Below, piece by piece: positions 55,472 through 64,000 of a stretch of 64,000 bases of DNA (positions within the stretch are counted from its first letter, which is position 1; every line of letters begins with the position of its first letter). Source of the DNA: Octopus vulgaris (Eukaryota); the NCBI GenBank assembly GCA_951406725.2, contig OX597814.1, positions 73,842,001-73,906,000 of the forward strand, read 5' to 3'. Made by a program: the position numbers and the translations under genes. Under the pieces are notes generated by a model. It ran no database searches and was not told the origin of the DNA. It was given only the letters and a program-made list of their open reading frames with translations.

Positions 55472-57841
55472 CTTTATTTTAAGCAGCAGAAAATTCAACA
55501 AAATCTGTTACTCTGAGTTACTCGTTGCCGTTCATCAGACAGTTTTTGCTAGAATGGAACTTATATATTAATTCAATCTATACTCTTACAAACGCTACAC
55601 CTTTAAAAAGAAATGGACTTGTTTGATTGGCCCTTTAGAAAAAACGGTCAATCTTCGAGCGATAAACAAAAAGGTCAAAAATATATGTATATATATATAA
55701 AAAAACTTATAAAAATTATAAAATCCGAGGAAAAAACCGAGGAAAAAACCTACTGCCGTTAATGAAGACAGTAAAAATTAATGCATAGAAATTAAACCTG
55801 TTATAAATACTGCAATACATATTTATATTAAAATCTACATATATATATCAACATACACAAAAGGATGCGCGTAAACGCCATACATACATATACAGACGTA
55901 TGAATATGAATTTAAATATACACATAAAAGCATGTGTACATATATTCACGCAAGCTAAAATTCATCTATGTAGCAATTCTCATATACTGAGCAAGGAGGG
56001 GGAACGAAAGAAAGGGAAAGAGAGAAAAAGGAACGAAGGAGGGGTGGAGAAAACTTGTAACGATGTTATTGGCATCTATAGAGGCCAGTATACATACACA
56101 AGTTTGAATTGATACATATACATACCGTCGTGTATATGTGTGCTTAAGCACAAGCATACTTTCACTTACACATACACAGATACGCATGCTTACAAATACA
56201 TATGCTTTGCTATACACATACTTATATAAACATTCTAATTTTGACAACATTGCTTTTTTTTAAAAAAACATTGCTTTTAAAAAATGGGTGCATTAATAAA
56301 AATATATACGAAAGACATATAAAATAAAATATAACATCCTATTTCGGGTCATTTATAAATAATCAAGGTAATATAAATAATCAAGGTAATCCTATGCAAT
56401 ACAATAACATGAAAACAAAGTTTGTAGGTTTTTCCTAATATATATGTAGAAACATAAGACTTTGCTATAAATCCGTCGTAGCGCTCAAGAGTCAAAATCA
56501 AAATCAAAAATACAAAATATACTCTATCCATATGGTATATTTATATTCGACATTTTAAATTTAGCCGCGTGCCTACATAAGTTCATTAACTCACTTCTTT
56601 GATTCAAAGAATTATTGTCTTTGAATAAGATGTGCATTTTCTCTAATAGGCAAAGTCTGCACTTGAAATTATATTTGTAAGCTCCATGCCTGTATGGTGC
56701 CGCCCTGTCCAGAATGCTCCATGTCACGTTGAAAGGTGGGGCTTCCTTTTCTTTTAGTTCCCAGACGTATTTTGCTAGGCTGGTTTTCTTCCTATTCTCT
56801 GGGTATTTAAAAGAATTCTTATGAGAATAAAATCTTGTTTTAAATGAATTTTCTGAAGCCCCTGTGTATGTCTTGTATTCCGATGAGCCTTCCACTTGCA
56901 CCTTGGCTCTATAAACTACTCCTTTCACTAGACATTTCCCTTCTAACGGACAGGAGCTTTCGTTTTTGAAATTACATTTCTTAATGGGCTCGGCACCATG
57001 TCTAATCTCAATTAGCTTCCTATTATGTTGGCTAATGTAAGAGGCGAAATTTCTGCAACAAGAATAGCTAACCTTCAGGGTTCTTCTATTAAATATTCTG
57101 TAGAATTTATGACCCTGCTTAAAATGCTTAGAGACTAATCTCAAAAATTCCTTACCTATATTAGTCTTTACGGCCAAATTGAAAGCCGGGTTGAACCACA
57201 AAACTTTCCTGGTCCTAGTTCTTCGTGCAGCATTATTATTAGCATTAAGCTGGTTGAACTGGATCTTCTCCGAGAATCCACTATTCTTTAATGCGCTATC
57301 GTAATAAGGTGCAGCATTATGGAATGCTGCCTCGTCCGAAGAAATTGAAGATATTCTTCTACCTACATTGCTGACTAAGTTGCTAAGGATAACTGGTGGA
57401 TGGTTCGAATCTTTGCTAATATACGATAGCTTTTCATTGGGCTTACGGAAAGGTTTAAATCTATCCGATCTTACATTAAAATTTACGTCTAAAAAATCTA
57501 CACTATTCAGGTTAGCATCTATCGTAATCCGTAAGCCCATCCTTTGAAAGAAAGCTATAAGGTCCTTCCTAAGTCTATCTGATTCATGGCCGTTTAGATT
57601 ATACGTGGCTATAAGGCCGTCATCCCTATATAAACCTGCATCTATAAATGGGAATTCTATTTTTAGATTATGGAGAATAAAGGCTCCTATGAGCATACAT
57701 AATTCAGCCCCGTCGTATGCCCCCATCGGTACATCGAAAAGAGAATCCTCAGTCTTCTTAATCCAGGTGGAATCCTCGAAAAAAAGAAGCGATTTCCTCG
57801 CATGCATAATAATTTCAATTTCCGAGCTATCGATGTTGACA
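55472..57841 (-). mobile_element. 5'-truncated Penelope-like element (Naiad-type) with uninterrupted RT plus GIY-YIG
   Basis: ORF 56524-57841: FDVPMGAYDGAE, GLYRDDGL, SNHPP, WFNP, CPLEGKC, VVY..YTG, CRLC, CRH; hammerhead-like motif 55505-55542 (GAAA>GTAA). Confidence 0.92.
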
Positions 57842-57884
57842 TAATATATATATATATCTATATGTATATATATGTGTGTGTGTG

Positions 57885-57931
<47 letters not shown>

Positions 57932-57942
57932 TTATATATATC

Positions 57943-57976
<34 letters not shown>

Positions 57977-57983
57977 AATAAAT

Positions 57984-58230
57984 ACACCCTTTTCAAAGCC
58001 TAGTCAGGCTCATGGGCCCGATTTCCTGGGTTCTATGGTGTATGTGTTCCCCAGCTGGATGGGACGCCAGTCTATCGCAGCGTTACTCATTTTTGTCAGC
58101 TGAGTGGACTGGAGCAACGTGAAATGAAGTGTTTTGCTCAAGAACACAACGCGTCACCTAGTCCAGGAATCAAAACCACAATCTTATGATCATGGTGCTG
58201 ACACCCTAACCACTAAGCCACGCACCTCCA
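57984..58230 (-). mobile_element. tRNA-derived SINE (second family)
   Basis: Reverse-complement head GGAGGTGCGTGGCTTAGTGGTTAGGG..GGTTTTGATTCC; TGTGTTCTTGAGCAAAACAC body. Confidence 0.8.
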
Positions 58231-58250
58231 CAAATATATATATATATATA

Positions 58251-58880
58251 CAGGATGCAGTGAATAAACTGTTGTCTAAATTATGCAAAAATGAAAATAA
58301 TACTGACATCTCATTTTAAATAAATTAACCAAAATTACATAAAAATATATTGAAATACTAAAAAGTGAATTTATTCAATAAAATCGCCACTGACTTCAAC
58401 CACGTCTTCCAGACAACTTTGGAATCTCCTGCAACTCTTCTTGATGGTCTCTTTGAAGTTGGTGAACACTGCCATAATCCTTGCCTTTAGTTCATCATTG
58501 GTGTTACAAGGAGTTTTGTTGGTCTCTCACTCAACTGCAACCCACACATAATAATTAAGGGGGTTGCAGTCTGGGAATTAGGTGGCCAGATGTTAGGAGT
58601 GATATGGTCACAGAAATTGTCTGACAGCCATGACCGGGTTCTCCTGCTTTTGTGGTATGATACAGGGTCCTGTTGCCAGACAGAGGGTCTTCCAGCAGCC
58701 ACCCTCTTGACCCAGGACAGCACTACCTCCTTCAGGCACTTGATGTAGGCCTCTGTGTTGAGTCTGAGGCTATGTGGGAAGATGAATGGAGGCATGACAT
58801 CACCATCACTAGTGATCATGCCAAACACCATGATGTTGACTGCATGTTTGATTTTTATCACTCTTGGTACATGTCCTGAG
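58251..58880 (-). mobile_element. Truncated copy of the 2183-3465 DD37D transposon
   Basis: TA|CAGGATGCAGTGAATAAA TIR; VFGMITSDG..WQQD..WPPNS. Confidence 0.9.
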
Positions 58881-60611
58881 ATTGACAACTAGACACCTTT
58901 AATGTACACCAAAAATATAAGTAGCTTCTAACTTCATCTAAACTATTTATAAGCTATGTTTCATATTTATGAATCAATTTCATGAGACACAAAAGTTTCT
59001 CATGAAATTCAATCTTAAGTTACAAGGGATAATTTCATAACTACCATTTGAAATAGTCATAAAAGTTAGACTTTGGAATAGGTTGCATGCAAATAATAAT
59101 GTTTTTATTTTTTTTTTTTATATATAACAAAACAAGATCAATATTACAAGGTAATCATGTTTTGCAACATTACACACCAGTTATTTTTACCATCACTATG
59201 CCTTAAGAGTAAGGACAATGGTCATAACTTGTTAAATATTGTCAATTATATCCTCTGTATGTCCTCATTATGTTGTACATAAAAAAGTTTCAAATATTCT
59301 CACTGACTATTATGTAAATAGCTAACAGAATATGAAGACTCATCAAGTGTCCAAAGAAACAGAACTTACAACATCTAGCTAAACCAGCTGTTTAGATTAT
59401 TGTAACAAAGAAGAATCACAACAGATAAATGAATAAATTTATGAAAAAAATTAAATAAAACCATTTGTTCCTCTTTAAGTAGTTACATCCAAAATATATT
59501 CTTAGATGCATTAACCTTACGCACTTCAACTTCCATATAAACCACAGCAATTTTACTTATTTTCTATCTCTTACTGAAATTTGGCTGCTATTACTTGCAG
59601 GTTGAGCAACCATAAAGGAGTTCCTTTGTTGGCTTGAGATATTGAAAGTTTTCATGTTTAGTGATAGTGTCTCAAGCAAACTTGAGAGTAGCTGGCAATG
59701 AACTATAGCTCAATCCAGCAAATATTGCTTATGGTTTTATAAAATACATATTTATCTTTCAATTACAACTACTAAGGTTATTCACAAAGGTAGCAGCTAT
59801 CAGAGAGACTGCACTCCTCTCGTGGAGTTTTTCCTTCAGCTCACACTACAAACTTCATTTGTTTATTGCTACAGGACATTTGAAACAAACTAACATTCAA
59901 AGTTTATTGTATTGTTTAGAAAGACATATTCTGAATTTCTACACATTATGCATCATTATGTCAAATTCACTCCTTTTGTACAAGTTATTGTATTATGTAA
60001 ATTCTATTCATCAGAATATATATATAATTTCTGTTTCAGTTTGAACTTTTTATTATTGTGGTCAAAAGATAAGAATTATTTTCAATGACTGCTTATATTT
60101 ATACAATCACATTTTCTTATACAGATATTAGTCATAGTAGTTGAACGATAACTAAGATTATTACAATTAAATCTACTGCTAAAACTACATTTAGACAAAA
60201 TACATTGCTATTTTCATTAGAGAAATGGTTGATATGAGCTAAAATATTCACATAAATAAATGAATTTTCAAAAATATAGGAGTTTACATTTTCCTGAAAT
60301 TTTGCACATATGGACATCACTACATTCAATCTCAGGTGTGCTCATTTCTCATTTATGAGAACGTCTAAAATCAAATTTCTATCCTACAACTCATTGACAA
60401 CAGCCTACAACAGCACTCCCTGAATATCTCCAATGTTATGTCAAGAAAATCTAAATTATTTAACATAGTCGCAATAAAAAAGTGTGGATTTCTTCTTCAG
60501 GAGCTTTAAGTTTTGAGAAGCTATTAATAACATAAGGGTATCTTACAATATCTGTTTTATGCACAACAAAGTATAAATCAGAAAAAGTGAAATAAATTTG
60601 CAGACGTCACT

Positions 60612-60940
60612 ATGTAGTAAGAAGCTTGCTTCCCAACCACATGATTCTGAGTTCAGCCCCACTGCGTGGCACCTTGGGTAAGTGTCATCTACTATAGCCA
60701 CAGGCTGACCAAAGCCTTGTGCATGGATTTGGTAGATGAAAACTGAAAAAAACCTGTCATACATATATGTGTATATCCTTTTCTGTTCCCCCCTCCATCA
60801 CTGCTTGACAACAGTGTTGGTGTATCTATGTCCCAGTAACTTAGCTGTTTGACAAAAGAAACTAACAGAAGTACCAAGCTAAAAGGAGCTCCAGCATGGC
60901 CACAGTCAAATGAATGAAACAAGTAAAAGAATAAAAGAAT
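60612..60940 (+). mobile_element. tRNA-SINE with a LINE-like 3' tail
   Basis: Head as at 43932; tail CCAGCATGGCCACAGTCAAATGAATGAAAC. Tail-only copy at 40111-40165 and a decayed copy at about 61817-61920 (-). Confidence 0.8.
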
Positions 60941-63009
60941 TACAAAATCTCACTGTGAATAAAATAAGAATATAAACATATTCTATGCTACTGATATGTG
61001 AAACTCAGGAAGCTCCCTCTCTTTTTCTCCACATCAATAAAAATGAAAGAATATGTTTTAGGTTTTTACCCACAGCCAAATTTTGTAATGCTTAAAAGTA
61101 TACTTCTGATGATGGGTTAGAATGAGTATCACACAGAACATTCAAGAAAATGAGAACAGGCATTCACTTGATAAGAAAACCAACATTCACAAACATCTTT
61201 CAACCTCTGATCCACTGTCAAAACACGGTCCATTTCCTTATACTGATATATGTTAACTATTTTGAATGTGCAATCACTGCTCTTTCCTCTTATCACACCT
61301 ACTACTAAGTCTCTCCTTATCCCTCCTCCCAAGAAATGCATCCAATTGACATGCCCAACATTCCCTTGTACTAATAAACTACAACAATACAACATCAATT
61401 AGACTAACTTTCCTTGAACATCTATACTTCAGAAATACTGGAAAAAAAGGCTATAAACAATACTTTCCCTTATCAAACTAGTGATGCAGGTATGAAACAA
61501 CAAAACACTGAATATCTACCATTTTTAAATTAGCAATTTGAACCGTCTATTTATTGAGATCATTATGTGACATGTTTTTGTAACTCCAACTGAACTAGTC
61601 AGAAGAAAGTATACTCCTTGAAGAGTTTTCAAAACTGATGGGAGGAAGGAAGTACTTATCATTAGATTAGGAACTGGTCCAAATGCTTGTAACAGTGCAT
61701 TCTGCTAAAGCACCAAGTGGTGGAGTTAAACCAAGTAATAGAACATATGTACCCTTCTATAACAAGAAAAGTTCCAAAAGACTTTCATGCAATTTCCATG
61801 TTCTAATTTTACAGCAAAGGCTTTGTTTAAGAAGAGTCTATGCTAGAAGACACCTGCCCAAGGAGTTGTGCAGAGGGATCAAACATGAAACAAACTTCTT
61901 AACCAAAGAGCCATACCTACCACAAACTTGCCATCTTTAGATAAGTATTTCACAATTCCTCTTTTATCAAATTCTTCAAAATGCTACTAATTTATGTTCA
62001 TGTGACATTCACAATTATGTGCCTAAATGAATGCATTCATAATTTTAAAAATACTTAATTAACTTTAACATAAACTGATAATATCTCTACCCTCTCAGGA
62101 TCTGACAATATTACTTTTTTTTTAATAGTATGCAACAGCTGTTTCTTTCCAATTCCAAACAGTTAGACATAATGATTTCTTTTAACTGGGCACAAGGCCA
62201 ACATTGCAGTGAAAAATGTAATTGAGTAAGCTGACATATATTTACAGACATCCATATAGTTGAATATCAATCATCAAATTCTTTTCTACATTTTCATAGC
62301 TCACTGTCTGTTGTAATTTTATGATAAATAAATATTAGTCACTTAGATTATTGATTTTGGTTATTGGCACAAGGTCACATATTCAGTACTTATTTTAATG
62401 TCTTCATAAGAATAAAAACGGAAGGTGATCAAAGCGGGATTTAAACTTTAAAAATCAAGAAATGTAACTAAATACTGCAACACTTCAGTTCAGTATTCTA
62501 CCACATTTATTCTTGTACCATATTTAACATTAAGAATTAAATATTGTAACTGACATACAGATTGGAAGATTTGATTTTGTATTATGGTGTAAAGTTGTTT
62601 GGAAATAGGTTTATTAGTAGTGAATAAAAACTTTCTTTGAATATGGTTTTAACAAGCTGAGATACATGATTCTTCACTGAAATAAGACATGACATAAAGG
62701 ATGTTTCAATAATTTTGCTTTATGTAAAAATATTTCTCCCCAGCATTTCTAACTTTTTTCCCTCATCAACCTCATGATCAATTAACCCCTAGCATTCCTG
62801 AGAGTGCCTCTACTGTTTCTAATCTCTACCTTATCTCTAGTTAAATAGCAATGTTCAGGTTATGTTAAATATTGAATATAAAACTTTGTAAATTGTAGGT
62901 GAAAAATCTTAGCTGCCCAAACATTTGAGGAAAAGGAGTTAGCAGAAATTTTAGATAATCTGAACTGCAGTTTTTAGTTGTTTTCTCTACATTTTGAATT
63001 CAAATACCA

Positions 63010-64000
63010 GACCCGAGGACCAAAAATTTGAAGTGTTTCGGATTGCAAGACAGCTTGTGAGAGAAAACTATGATGTCATAAGAGGAATTTGTGTCCACAT
63101 GGATGATGGTTCACTTGCATTTAATGATTCTGCAAAGAAATGTCATTATGAAAGACTGCTGAACATGGAGAATGAATGGGAGGAGGAGAGTCTGCCCAAC
63201 TGAGGAACCACCTATCCAAATAAACAGTACCTTGGTAGATAAAGCAATTAAGGATATGAAGACAGGGAAAGCCCCCAGCCCATCAAGAATTACCACTGAG
63301 ATGCTCAAAATATTTGGTGGTGTAGGTTATAGTCTAGTCACTTGTAAGTCAACTGCTACAAAGGCAAAGGTGATGCCTTAGATAGAAATAATTACAATCA
63401 AATTGTTGGATCAGGTGATGAAAGTTATGGAGAGAGTCATAGCCCAACTAATTAGGGGGAGAATTAGTCTAGATGAGATGCAGTTTGATTTTGTGCAAGG
63501 GAGAAACACCACTGATGCTATATTTCTGGTTAGGCAGCTGCAGAAATGCATAGCCAAAGATAAACCTCTGTACTTGGCTTTTGTTGACTTGGAGAAAACC
63601 TTTAACAGGGTCCCCCAATCCCTTAATCTAGTGGTCAATGTGGAAACTAGGAATAGATGAGTGGTTGGTGAGAGCTGTACAAGCTATCAGGAATGCGATC
63701 AGTAAGGTGAGGATTGGCAACAAATACAGTGACGACTTCAGGGTACAAGTAGGTTCACCAAGGATTGGTTTAGCACTCCCTCTTGTTCAACATAGTCCTA
63801 CAGGCAATAGCGGAGGAATTTAACTAAAGAAGACGTTTCAGGTATGGAAGCAAGGTCAAGAATCAAAGGGCTTTAGAGTTAATCTAGCAAAAACCAAAGT
63901 CTTAGTAAGAAGACAGACAAATCCCCTCAGGTAGATGGTACTGCTCAATCTGTAGAAAAGGCATAGGTAGAAACTCCATAAGATTACCTGGTGTAAGCTA
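63010..64000 (+). mobile_element. Decayed RTE-clade LINE fragment running off the window
   Basis: MKTGKAP, MQFDF..TTDAIFLVRQL, AFVDLEK.F.RVP; many frameshifts. Confidence 0.85.

Noticed and set aside
56524-57841. Selenocysteine recoding, as reported for some Naiad elements
   Set aside because: No in-frame TGA at the conserved Cys positions in any of the four Naiad-type endonucleases here
62240-62300. Possible upstream SLC6 exon ending in ..LYGC|gt
   Set aside because: Lacks the TM10 hydrophobic helix and the E-x-I motif; upstream reading is not convincing

Overview
AT-rich, microsatellite-dense animal genomic DNA. The tRNA-SINEs, Penelope-like elements and (TA)n load point to a cephalopod such as Octopus; this is an inference. 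The only host-gene signal is the last two coding exons of a minus-strand SLC6 (Na+-dependent amino-acid/neurotransmitter transporter) gene at 39860-40022 and 38537-38839, so the sequence to their right is probably a large intron. The rest is mobile DNA. It includes one apparently intact two-ORF CR1-group LINE (about 48.5-53.2 kb) with an unusual ORF1, decayed CR1, RTE, R4/Dong-like and HERO LINE pieces, several Penelope-like elements (Naiad-type and Neptune-type), DD37D Tc1/mariner transposons, MITEs, Helitron-like elements, tRNA-SINEs and two convergent gag-like ORF1 relics. The most notable signal is about 14 type-I hammerhead ribozyme motifs. Among them is a non-coding, highly structured, 349-nt tandem-repeated family with covarying stems at three loci, which looks like a cephalopod retrozyme (circular-RNA retroelement). 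Most long ORFs in the track are microsatellite artefacts. There is an assembly gap at 48410-48509.
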